From assembly GCA_040954595.2 (NCBI GenBank), contig CM082582.2, positions 13,614,327-13,678,326 of the forward strand: DNA of 64,000 nucleotides, in the 5' to 3' direction. Positions 24,601 through 37,234 of this stretch are shown here, in pieces; position 1 is the first letter of the stretch, and every line of letters begins with the position of its first letter. The notes under the pieces are model-generated. The model was given only the letters and a program-made list of their open reading frames with translations, was not told the origin of the DNA and made no database searches. A program made the position numbers and the translations under genes. The DNA is from Balanoglossus misakiensis (taxonomy: Eukaryota > Animalia > Hemichordata).

Positions 24601-27600
24601 TTTGTTTGACTTATGTCCACGGTCACTGGTGACGAATCACATCAAAGAATAAACATATGCATTGCAGTAGAAAGAAGTCTCAGAGTGATCTTAGGTTCAT
24701 GCAGTGTCAATGCCCTGGTTTTGCCCCTACATGGGTCAATGGTTTTATTCACTTCGTAAAGTTTTACAAGTCAATAGTAGTAGTACAACAGGCATTTGTT
24801 TACCTTTCAGCCATATACCTATTACAGCTATAGTGGCTGGGTGCTTGCTTGATTGCTACAGGTGTGGTCATAAATGAGTTGGGGTTGGAGCCATGGAGTT
24901 GGTTGGATATGGGCGCAGGGAATTTGGTTAGGTAGGGTCGTGGTGGATATTGCCTTGGATGCATGGACAGCATGGATGGTTTTAGATGGGGTAGATATAT
25001 AGATCATGCAGTGGGTTAATTTGGGTTATAAGTATAGGAGTGGGTTCATGGAAATCATGGGTTTGGATGAGGTGAAACGTACTTTATGATAGACGTGGAT
25101 TGTTCATCATTTCTGTACATGTGATAGGCACACAGAAGAACTATTGTACCGCAAGAATGTCAAGTTGTTGACCTTTCTTCAGGACGACTTTATCAAAGTA
25201 CTGCCATCACATTCCGGGACCTAAGAGCGAAATAAAAGCCATCAATAATCAAAATCAAGCCTTCACCTCATGGATTTTAACCTCCCTGAATTCTCATACA
25301 ACATTTGCAAGTGAGCGTTTCACCAAAGTTGTGGGCGCTATGCATTCTGTTTCATATGGGGCTGACACAAATGATGTCTCACCAGTTTCCGCTATAATCA
25401 ATTGACATCGACAAGCCCCGCAACTCTCACAGAGATGAATATACATGTCAACTTGCAAACTAGAACACAGCAAAAACAGCAAACACTGATGTATTACATC
25501 ACCAGTTTAACAAATGGGGTGTCCTTGAGTTGGACAATTTGCAATTCAATTCTTGGTTGGTGTAATTCTTAATGAAAAGCTGATTAGTTCATTGTACGGC
25601 CAGATTTAATCAGTCTGGCAAACTTGAACATAAAGAAATTGCACGTCACAGATTTGACTTCACACGATGATTATCAATAAACGTGGAAATCAAAGGCAGT
25701 AGACAACAGAACAAACGCAGTTATACGACAATTGATCGCGTGTCAGCAAGTCATGAGAAACACTAATTTGCCATAGTTCTGAAGTCATTACCGACTAATG
25801 AACCCTTATGGAGCTGTTTTGTAATCTTAAGACATGTTGATGAAAAATGATATGACTATACATTTTGCGTAATTGGCCAAATTTCTCAAGAGAATGAGTG
25901 ACACTTTTTGCCTGTTGAGTAATAATTAATTCCAAGGGATATTCACTCAACTTGAACATATGTCATGACAGTTATCACTTGATCAAGTATTTAGAGAATT
26001 TTCACTCTGGACCAGCCCCAGAGTTTGGATTTGTGTTTCCTCATGCCACAGTCCCTCAAGAAAGACGATCGGGAATCGCCTATTGTTGAATGTGTGAACG
26101 AGAGGATTGTGGACATGCATACACATTTTGCGGGCGCTTCTGGGACCGCTTTATTTTCTGACCCTTTTTTCAATGTTTTTTTTCTCGATAAATGTTACCA
26201 AAAACTATGTATGATATAACTCCAATATATAAGGTGTTAGGCAACTATATCGAAAATGAACGTTCTATATTTATACTTGTGCAAAAATCGGTCATTTGCA
26301 TCGTTGTTCACTGGTTATATTTGACTTTAAAAACAGAATAAAATGTAATCACAGAAAAATTGAATGGACTTCATAAATCTGTTGAAACATGTTATAATCA
26401 CTGATACCACATTTTTTGCTCATTGTATTTTCAGTATCAATTTTCTGACCAAGCACTATATCCAAACTACACAAAGATTGTTTTCGTCAAAACATGTTTC
26501 AAATGTCCTTGATACATCAAACATGTATTTTTAGTGTACCAGCTCTCATCTGAAAATTTGAAAAGCATTTTCTTTGTCTGTCATCAGTGGCCATTTTCTG
26601 TTGCCATGGGAGACCAGACCATTATTAGCAACAGCTGTCAAGGAGATCATCCTGGCTCATTGCCAACAATTTCACACTTACAAAGCTTGATCTCTTTTCA
26701 CAATTTCAAGTAGTGACTTAAAAACCAACTTGCTTATTTTTCCAAGATTATTGACTTTTCAAATTCTCACCTGCCTTATTTTTGACTTACCACTAGTTCT
26801 TTGTAATCTCTCATTTCTACACACTGTCCCGTGTTTTGCCAAACCCTATACAGCTGACAAGTTAATTGTTTGAGTTAAATAATTGATGAAATTGATAATT
26901 GAAATATTCTATCTACAGATCATCTTGCATTGTCAGAGTAAAATTTGAAAAGCACACGTGAAAATTGTATTCATGCTTTATAATCAATCACTGTGATGTA
27001 GAACACAGATAGCTTACAAACATAGATTTCATAGTTAACAACTTGAGAAACTCTGATAAAATTTGATGATGAGTTTGATATTTTTATCATTCTACTCAGT
27101 GATTTTGCTGTTCAACGTTTCATATTCCTACGTCAGAACAGGATAAAAGTACCAAAACATGAAACAAAATGTTATTTCAGACAAGATTCAGTGATGATAT
27201 TCATGTCTACACAAATGATTGTTGAAGTTACAACTGCTGATCTTTGATTGATACAAGCCATGGATTATGTCTGTTATCTTTACAAACTACAATATCATCA
27301 CACATTTTGATCATCAAGTCCCTTTGGGAAATTCAATTCCATTTTTCAAGACAACTTCTTGTGTCATTTTTCTTATCTAATTCTCACAATACATTAATTA
27401 TCATGACACTGGATCTCAAAAATATAAAATGAGACTTCTGGTTAAGTGTATATACATTTCAATATTTTCTTAGTCTTTGAGAATAAATTCAGCTTTTTCT
27501 GCGTGAATATTTAAGTAATCAGAGATGATACAGTCCCTGATGAATTATTTTGGGAAAAATGCAAGGAAATCATTAAAATAACAATTTATAAATTAATCGT

Positions 27601-30600
27601 TGTCTGATGACAAATTCCTTGGGAAGACCTTTGACTGACATTGGCCAACAACCGAATAAAGGTCTTTTAGAAATACATATGAATTTAGAATACTTATATT
27701 TAATTTTACACTATTTTACATATGCCCATTTATTGTTAAAGGAGGCAAGTGTTCCCATGACAATGTAGTATGTGACAGGCCAGTACAATATCCAAGCTAT
27801 ACACCTATCTTGAATTGTGATACATGAGATTTCTGTGATATGTAAATGTTGTGGATGAACAAAAATGAAAACAGAATGGTTTCCTGCAAGGCATTCAATT
27901 GCCAAATGGCATGCATATGTATTAGAGATATTCAAACATGTAGGGATAAACACTTGTTTAAGGTTCCTTAATTGGCTTAGTACTGAACCAATGTAGCTGA
28001 GTAAATGTATCAAAATATAATACATGGGTCCCAGTGAATTTTAAGTGCGAAAAGTCAAATTAAGTCGTAGACATACGATCGAGTGATTAATTCTGATCAA
28101 AGTGAAAGCGATGTTTCCTGGCAGTCGATTTTGGTTTATTTCATCTGCAACACTCTGTAAAGTGACTGAATAACACGATTGCATGCTGGGATAAACAAGG
28201 GTAAGGGTCAAGAGCCACTTTACAATTTGACCATTATAATACCAAGTGCTTGAAACTTCAGACTTACTGTATTGATATATATTGCTGAAGATAAATGAGT
28301 GTTACAGCCATAGGTCATCATTTTCTCTTCTACAAGGACATTCTGACCTCTGGGCATAATATTTATTAATTTTCTTAACTGGATAATCATCTTACATCTC
28401 TGTGCAAAAGTAATATAACAGCTTGTCAGCAATTGGGCCACTGCACTGCCACAGTCATTGCACAAAACTTGCCACAATATAATGTGCAATTGTACGAAAG
28501 TCTAATGAACCAACTCAACCAAACCTTGCTCACACATATACAAAATTAGATGTTGAGATGTATGTCACTATGAACTCTTAAGTATATCAGACATAAGAAA
28601 ACCAATTTGTGCTATAAAAGGATGACATATTTCAGTCTTAGCAACTACAATTCTTGTTATCTTAATCTTCTCGTTTTCCTAAGCATGGAAGATGGGGATT
28701 ATTTGTGCATGCATGTATGTCATCGGTAATCAAGGATGGGATATTTCTTGATAACCTGGGATGAAGGGATCTATACCATATGAAGATTTTCATGTAACTG
28801 TCTTTTCCTTGACAAGAAGAGTGTAATGCTTTCCATATGGTATTTATCAGCTGCAGATTTTGAAGAGTTTGTCTTTTTTTATGGGGGGGGGGGATCCCCT
28901 AAAAAATTGACAATTTTTTGACAAATCTTGAGTGGTATATTAAAATCATTATCTGTCATTGTTGCCATTTGCAAACAGTGATCATTGTTCATTCTCTTTT
29001 GATACACCTGAATTTTTCAGATGCACATCTTGATTCAAACTACTTCATGTCAGACAATGTGGCATCAGAAGCGATATCAATGCTGCTGGATATATAGAGA
29101 GGATTAAATAGGATCCAATTCACCCATTTGCCTTTACTCTTTACTTGAAACTTCATTATTAAATGTATCATGTAAAGTGACATTTAAATTATTTCCATTT
29201 TGTCAGATAAATGGATACCTAACAATCCCCCTGGATAATAAGCTTCTTCTTAATACGTGTAATGGAGAAAACGACAGAAAATGACACCCACATTCAATAT
29301 TGTGTTCTCACATTGTGATCAGGAGAGTTTCTTCGAACAATTGAAACCAACAGAAATGAGACAATGTATGGTTATACAATTGCAATATTGGTCTAAAATG
29401 ACAGATTTAATTGACACAATATCAGATGCCCCTTTTCTCTCAACACTGAAGCTGCGAGTCTTCCGTTTTATGTTCCCCATCATCTTATTTTCCCCCTCTG
29501 TGTTTTTGTACAGAGGCACAAACTAGTAAGAACTGCCAGGTATGTGTATCAAAGCAGACTTGTCCCCTCACCTTTAATATCAACTACTCACCAATTTGAC
29601 TTCCAAAATAAGACAGTCTTGCAGTCTATCGAGTGTGGTACAAACACCTTTGAAATGACTCAATATCAGCAATCTGTTTAATGAAGGCATCACTGTAAAA
29701 GAATGGTCCAATCAATTTCCATTGTTACAGTGGGGGGGGGGGGGGAGAAAAAAACTAAAACCCTCTTACTGTAGGAATCATGTCTGTCAACTGACAGAAT
29801 GATTTGTGTTGTATTAGAATTTTCAGAATATAAAATTGATATAGCTACTGAATATTCTATGAATGACAGAGAGGTAAAAGTTCATATCTGATAGATGTTA
29901 TAAAGTTAATAAATATGTTAAGACAAGAAGATTATCCTACCGTTTTTTTTTCGTATTTGAGAAGGTCCCTTAAAAACACATCAGTTGGTAACACAGTGGA
30001 ATTTAGCATGATGAACCAGTTGTCTGCTTTGGAATATTGAATGATGACTAAAATGATATTTGATGTTCTATATTTGGAACTGTCTGCAGGCCTTAATCCT
30101 ACAATATATAAAAATGCAGCTACTTCACGACATATGAAACACAGGTCAGTTTAGCTTAGTTATCCTGCATGCCTGCTAAAAGTGAAAAAAAAAGACAATT
30201 TCACTTTCCGTCTGCAAGACTAATGTTTGCTAAGTATGTGACCTCTGGACCTGCTAGTAATGAGTGATTTCAGATGTCCACTGTTGCCATGGCAATAGTC
30301 TGTGTCCCTGACCAATATGCCCCAGACTGATGGATGTAATCGCTGACTCAGCATAAATTACATGATATGATGATGATGAACTAGAAAACAAAACCAGATG
30401 ACAGAGCCTTCTCCTCAATTTAAATGAAAAACACATTTTCTTCATGCACAACTTTCTGAGCCACAAGATCAATAAATAATTACACGTAAATAACTAAGTA
30501 CAAATAAATAAATAAATAAAAAGTTTGCTAGAGCAGACTTCTACATGCTGGAAAGATGAAAAAATAGTGATTTTAATGAGTCTGTCTTTTTTCTCAAGAT

Positions 30601-33430
30601 TACTGATTCTCAGAAAACTTGATCTACTTTACAAGAAAATACATATTTTTTTCCTTGATAAGCATTTGCCAAAGGCAATCTAGCATCTATTCTTAGAAGA
30701 GCCATCAAACTTCATCCAGACTTACATGTACCCTGTTGCCGCCACACATCTTCAGCTGATCAAATCTGTTGAAAATAAAACAGTGAATTTAGAACTTTGT
30801 GAATTTAATCTTTTGCTTAAAATAATTACTATTAATCAGGTTTCCTTTGTGGTGGAATTTCATGATGACGAGAAAGAGGAGTGATCCGTTGTGTTTGGTA
30901 AACATTCCAATGAGTTTCATTCCCTACACAGACGTCTCATGACCGGCTGAATAATTTATGGTTTGATAATCCAATTAACAGTACATCAGGTGTAATTGTC
31001 ATGTGTGAAAAATATAAATTATTGCAATTTATTTACGCCAAACTTGCCAATGATTTACTGTGGACCATGGAACAGCTGTGCTTTTTCTCAATTATGTGCC
31101 AATCACTCTCTATTTCTCATTAATTTTGGCACTGCACTGTAGTGCTTCAGAAATGACCAGTTTTAAAGGGCTTTGTTCATGCCTGCCTGCCTGCCTGAGA
31201 ATTTTTTTCCATTGTATCCTTATTGACCCATGTAAACAAAAAGCCAAGGTTTGTATCTATCATCAGAACTGAGAGATGCAAAAGGAGGGCAAAGGTCGCC
31301 ACAAAATGCACAAACAATTGTAATGACCCATCAACCTGTGTGTATCTTTAATAGATATAACACCAAGATTATATGCAAACGTAGTTCTGTCAGCCAAAAT
31401 ATAAAAAGTTTGATCCATCAATCAGATTCAAATGTATTTCATGCATGCCATGTATCTTTGAGAGGCAAATACCAACCACAAGAACCAAGGAAAAAGTAAT
31501 GATCAGAGTTAAACATTTTTTCACAAAATCGGAGTGCAACATTAAACATCACCATCTGAAACACTGATGTTGTCAACAAGATTTGGTATCATTGCTTTTG
31601 TAATACCCATCTATCACATGGCCATACTAATTTAGGTGTCATTCTTTATGCAGTATTCATGTAGAAATTGATAATTTTCCTGCTGGGAATTGTTTTTTAT
31701 ACAATGATTGACCTTCTATACTGAAGTAAAAGCTAGCCCATTTCAGCAAGGGCATTAAACCATAAAAATGTCAAGTTTATATATTAAGGCAATCAAAATT
31801 ACAATGCCAGACAGATGACAACTGTGCCATTTAGATATTTAATAGCAGTAATGAGTTTTGGCATTATAGTAGCACCTCTTTTTTCTGAAGTTAGTTTTAA
31901 CACTCAGTGTGTATATGCCCTTGTGGTCATTGGTTGTCTTCTTTTCAGTAGAATTCAGGCAAAGCTATCCACATTTGCAATTGTACCGTACATGCAAGGT
32001 TTGGTGATGGATACTGTCCTGAAGAGTGGGCAGTATGAATGATGTGTAAATTGACTTGTGTGATGCGCCTCTTATTCTACCACTTGATTGGGTTTCTATA
32101 ACACTGCACACAAAAATTTCTAACTGTTTATAATTGCTAAGTTCAGTTTAGTTCACAGCAGTGCCATATATTCTTGCTTCTCACAAATGAATTTAGGTGG
32201 GCTCGCCATGATTCTTACATTTTCACGTACATGTATAGGTTGGTGCCTCTTTCAACTATTTGTTCACTTGAAGCTGAAGAAGGAAATTTGTCAAGTTACA
32301 AACTGCAATGCTGGTAAAAATGAAATAATGGCCAGACATTCTGAGAAATTGAAGCTGACAGACAAAAATCAGAAGATTCAACTCACATCGTCTGCTTACA
32401 CTTTCCGTCTCCAAAATCACACCTCTGCTGAATGTGGTTCTGTAAAATCCATTATCGTAGTCACTTACTTGAAGAGATAAGACTTAGAAGGAATTTGCAA
32501 CAAAACATCTTTTAGAAGAAAGAAGAATAACAATAAACGATTGATTGATAATTGTTTGCAATTTAGGTGAAATTTTGGCAAATATTTCAGATGGTTGTTG
32601 AACACCGCTAGAAACAGGGCAGAGGTTAAAATGTCTGTTTATTTGATGATGGCCGATATCTAATGATTACAAAGTACTTTCTATTTTGTCATTCCATTAA
32701 CGGAATAGCCCATGATTCTCCAACAACCTTGACCAACCTTTCTTTTAATGGTGACCTCAGGAGAGATTTTCATGACCAGAATGTAAAATGGACATAGTTG
32801 AATTTTCTGACTATTTTCTGCTTCAGAGTTCTATGATACAGATTGTTGGAAAAAAGTTGGTATTAATTTTACATATATTCCCACACAACACATATGATCT
32901 ACAAACTTCTATTGCATATTCCCCATCACTTAAATTCAAAACAAATACAGGATGGTCGTATTTCAATGTCCATGTTGATTTATAGATAACAACAATTTCA
33001 TTTTGTATGAAGGAATCTTGAAAACTACTCAATCACCAGACAGAAGCATGAAGGACTGTAAATAAATCTGAAGTGTCAAGATTTGAGATCAATGGAGGAT
33101 GTTGTGCAAGGAATGAATTAATTGAACGGCAATACATCACTCTCTGATCTGCTCTATCTGTGTGGTCTATTGGGAAATTATATAACGACTAATTTACTCT
33201 GTCAAGTGACAATGTCAAGGTCATCTGAGGTTAACCAGTTGAAGTTATTTAAGGTCGTGGCCAAGATAATACACAATCTTTGATTGTTTATTGGGATTCT
33301 GAATTTTATGCAATAGACCCAAGAAATTATAACAATTAAAGTAACAAGTAAAGAAGGCCTTGTTGTTATTATTGTGATCTTTACTACACAGTTCTTAAAC
33401 TGTGTGTTTCTCAGCCTCTGAATTCAACCG

Positions 33431-33452
33431 GCCTGCCTGCCTGCCTGCCTGC
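33431..33452 (+). repeat. (GCCT)5 tetranucleotide microsatellite
   Basis: Read directly; a shorter GCCT run occurs near 31181. Confidence 0.85.
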
Positions 33453-35676
33453 AGGCCGTTATTCCAACTAAAACATTAGACAAATTGCAGGCAGTTTGGT
33501 GGTTTAATTACTATTTTTCAAGTCTCTGACCCTGAAATGTCAATACTACAGTTGAGCAGCCTGTCTAAGATTTTTTTCTCCAAAGAAACTTGTGCCTTTG
33601 ACAATGAGTAATATTTCATGATGGGATTTTTATCTGGGGTTTTTTGTTCACCCTAAAATGTGAATTTGAAAGAGCCAGAATAAAAGTATCCTGACATAAA
33701 ACCCCAACAAAATTAATGACATGTGTCTGTAGGTGGAAAAGTTAGAAATAATTGATAAAAAAGACGATAAAACTACACACCTTACTCTATTGACAGGTGA
33801 AATATGTGGGTGGAAAGTTACAAATAATTGATGAAACAAGAGCCATGAAACCACAATGGAAAGAATGATTTAAACATAAGCTTTCAGGATATTTACACAA
33901 AAGTACTATATAATTTAAGAAAATCAGAATGTTGTCCTGCAGCAATTCTATATGTTCTGTTATCCTGTGTGTTTGGGTATATTTTTGTTTTTTGTTTGGT
34001 GCTAGGAAAAATCATAACTGTCAAAAGAATAGCAGCAGCCATTTTGAATGCAGCTGTGCATTGTGGGAAATGCCTAGAGCATCAGAGAAAGCAATATATC
34101 ATGTGATCAATAGCAGAGAAAGAAAAGATAAATGTGGAGAAGCAAAATGAACGTGATGTTGACACCCTCTGGTCAAAATGACACTTTTTCCATATAAATG
34201 AGTATGGTACCACTTCAACTAATCTGCAGATTTTATATTCTAAACCCCCAAATCCCTCCCACAACTACAGTTCACCCCAAGTAATGGTGCAATTTTTTTC
34301 CAATTTTGAAAAATTCATTTCTTTTACAGAAAAAAAATCAAATTGAAATATGCTTTCACAAATAATCTTTGCTGCAGTGATATTTAAATGATTTGAAACT
34401 TATTATAACAATTTTGTACTGTTTTTCAGTTCTTCTTTTGGTTATATCTTTTATAATCCCCACCTCTAGATAGAAATCAAGTTTGCGTGGAAATTTTTGA
34501 ATTTGAACAAAAAGTGAAAGCTGGCTGGGTTGAGTGTCAACATGGCTGCCAGAATTTAAATTGTGAGTGAATCTTCAGTTGATCCAGATAGTGTGTTCAG
34601 GTATTATCTACAAAGAAGCAATTTTACCTGTGAACTGTCTCAGACTGTAAAATCCTTGTACGACCTTATTTGATTATCAAAATTTACATTAATGTGTTTC
34701 ATGAAGTAGAAAAATTGCCAAAATATTCAGTACAACAAAGGTGCCTCGACAAGTAATTACCCTCTTTGATAAGATGGACACAGAATTTTGGCAGGGTTTC
34801 AACAAAATTTTGATAGGCTTTGAGTAAAATGAAGGCCGAGCCCATTGATTATGCCTGTGACAAGTCTCTGATGGCTTTATGTCGGCAGCCTGGTGCCTTG
34901 GCGTTGTGCTGTAAGTAATGATAGTTACAATCCTATGGCCAATTTTTGAATATGGCCCTCTGAGGGGGCTGTTCATGGTTTGAAAACAGATCATAGAAGA
35001 GAAAATATTTATTTTAACACTCTACAGATTTTAACCAGCAATTTCAAATCAAAGTTTGTCCAAATATTGTAATCAACAAAATTACTGAGGAAAATAAGCA
35101 ATTTTGATATTTTCAGTTACTGCAACTGGCTTTACTGCATACTTATAATGGAGATGTGTGGTGCATGTGTGCTATGTTCAACAACTTGGTATAACAAAGG
35201 GTTTCTATGACAACAAGTTGCCTGAAATGTCTCCAAATGTGTACATACAACTTCATTTAATGTAATCGTGACTCTGTGATCTTAAATTGAGAGGAAAATG
35301 CTGTTTTTAACTAGAGTTACGGGAAAATTGTCAGTATAGCCAGAACTCTAAAATTGGCCTATGGGAAGCATATTATCCCCTTAGAATAAAATCAAGCCAT
35401 ACTCCCACCTACTTTTCCTCCTTCTGTATCACCAGTATTAGATGATGTTTGAAAGGTCAAACATCATGTTAATAGACTTCAATGCAAGAGTTATGCCCAG
35501 TTGAATATCACTGTAAGCAAATGATTATACTTTGTTTGTTGTACTCTGAACCAATACACATAACATCTACTTCATGGAAATCCAGAAATTTCTCAGATCT
35601 TCCAACACACTTGAAAGCGCTCTCTTTCACACCTAAATTAAAACAGAGACACACAGAGTTGTACTTTGTAACTTTA

Positions 35677-35764
35677 TATTGTATTGTATTGTATTGTATT
35701 GTATTGTATTGTATTGTATTGTATTGTATTGTATTGTATTGTATTGTATTGTATTGTATTGTAT
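35677..35764 (+). repeat. (TATTG)17 pentanucleotide microsatellite
   Basis: Perfect run; it explains the repetitive YCIVL/NTIQY ORFs. A degenerate relative lies near 2170-2200. Confidence 0.97.
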
Positions 35765-36581
35765 AAATGACAATAACAATGTGCAGATGAAGGAGATTCA
35801 TATGTCAACATTTTTCTCTACTTTAGCACTTTCTTTGATCAAATTGCTTTAGGTAAATTGCTGGTAATTGATATCTCTTTCTGTATGTTTATCAAAAAGC
35901 CCTGAATATACTTTAATCTGCAGTTTTAATTGTTATTTTTATTAACTATAAAGTATCTTCAATATTCAATTGACCTTGGATTACACATTTCCTGAATTTT
36001 TATGTCTTTTTCAAACCTCTTGAAATTCGATTAAACCCTATTTATTACGTTTCTGATTAGATTTCAACCCCTAAACCATCACCGTTGCCGTCGCCCGCTG
36101 CAAATTGCATTCCCAGGGCCGTTTGACCTTGGAATGCGTGAGGACGCCCGTAAAGGTCAAGGCATTGTGGGTAATTTATCTAGTAAGCCTAGATGAGTTT
36201 TATGGCGCGTGCGGTTTGTCCAATTGTAAATTACTTCACATCTCTGTGACGACAACAGTTGCACGTTCGCCTCACATGGACACGTTGCATTGAGCTTGCT
36301 GTAGTCCGAAAAGTCTACGCTGATATTACAACACAGTATTGTCGTGAAGGAAGTCTTGTACAGTATCGCGAAGTGCGTCTTATTTTTGTTGCAGTGGGAA
36401 TGCAATAAAAAGAAATTATTCTCAGTCAAGAGGTAGTTTACCAATTTATTGTTTTCCAAAGTGATTTACTATACAAGCCTAGATGCAACGACATCATCAA
36501 TCTAGAACTGATACATGTTTGATGGGAAAGGTAAACCGTAGTTCGAATATCGTCCATTCCGACATGTGATTTGTGATTGAA

Positions 36582-36600
36582 TGACGTCAATATGACGTCA
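36582..36600. promoter_or_regulatory. Two tandem palindromic CRE sites TGACGTCA (36582-36589, 36593-36600) upstream of the Schlafen-like gene
   Basis: Exact consensus twice, 3 nt apart, in a CpG-rich region ~640 nt upstream of ATG 37235. Confidence 0.5.
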
Positions 36601-36983
36601 GGTTATACATTCGTAATAAAGGCCATTCCTTCTTTTAAGGCTCAGAGACTCGTAGTTCATTAAACTTCCAACCCCTATAAGATGGCCTAGTAAGTAGACA
36701 GTAGGCCAGAGGTCTTGTTTCCTCATGCACGAAAGCGCAAACGAAGTCGAGAGACGCAGATTGCGGCCTATGCATGTACACACATTTTCACAAGCCAAGA
36801 TACATGTATGATGTCTATTTCGCTAGGGAGACTGTACGTGTACCCATAACGAGCAAGCCAAGCCGTGCGGACCGGATGGTGATGCACACATTAATACGCG
36901 GCGCCCGACGTCAACCATGAACACAGGTGAGCGGCCAGATTCTCTCTGTCGTATCTTTGGGTCCACCAAGCTGAGTGAAGGTG

Positions 36984-37001
36984 TGGCCACTAGGTGGCGC
37001 T
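36984..37001 (+). promoter_or_regulatory. CTCF-like site TGGCCACTAGGTGGCGCT
   Basis: Close match to the CTCF core consensus (CCAC.AG.(G/T)GGCG); a second weaker match CCGCAAGGGGGCG lies at 41842-41854. Confidence 0.6.
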
Positions 37002-37234
37002 GCAGCGTCAATGAATTTTTGACTGACCTGATTGAAGCCCTCGGACAGTGCACGTGCGCATGCAGTTTTCATCTCAAGTCTGGTCTTTGCAATCTTCAAG
37101 CAGCAGCAGTTTTTCCTAAACTGTGTACGTGTAGGAGTGAACAGCAAGGTAAACCAGCATCACTGAGAAGCTCGGAGGAACACGTGTCTGCAGTGTCAAT
37201 GGTTTAGGCCATACTGGGCAAGATCGATAGAGAT

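Noticed and set aside
35482-35801. ORFs with YCIVL / NTIQY repeats
   Set aside because: Translations of the (TATTG)n microsatellite.
6584-36000. A miR-100/let-7/miR-125 gene cluster or other miRNA gene next to TRIM71
   Set aside because: I looked by eye for conserved mature sequences on both strands and found only target-type seed matches; a covariance-model scan is needed to exclude novel hairpins.
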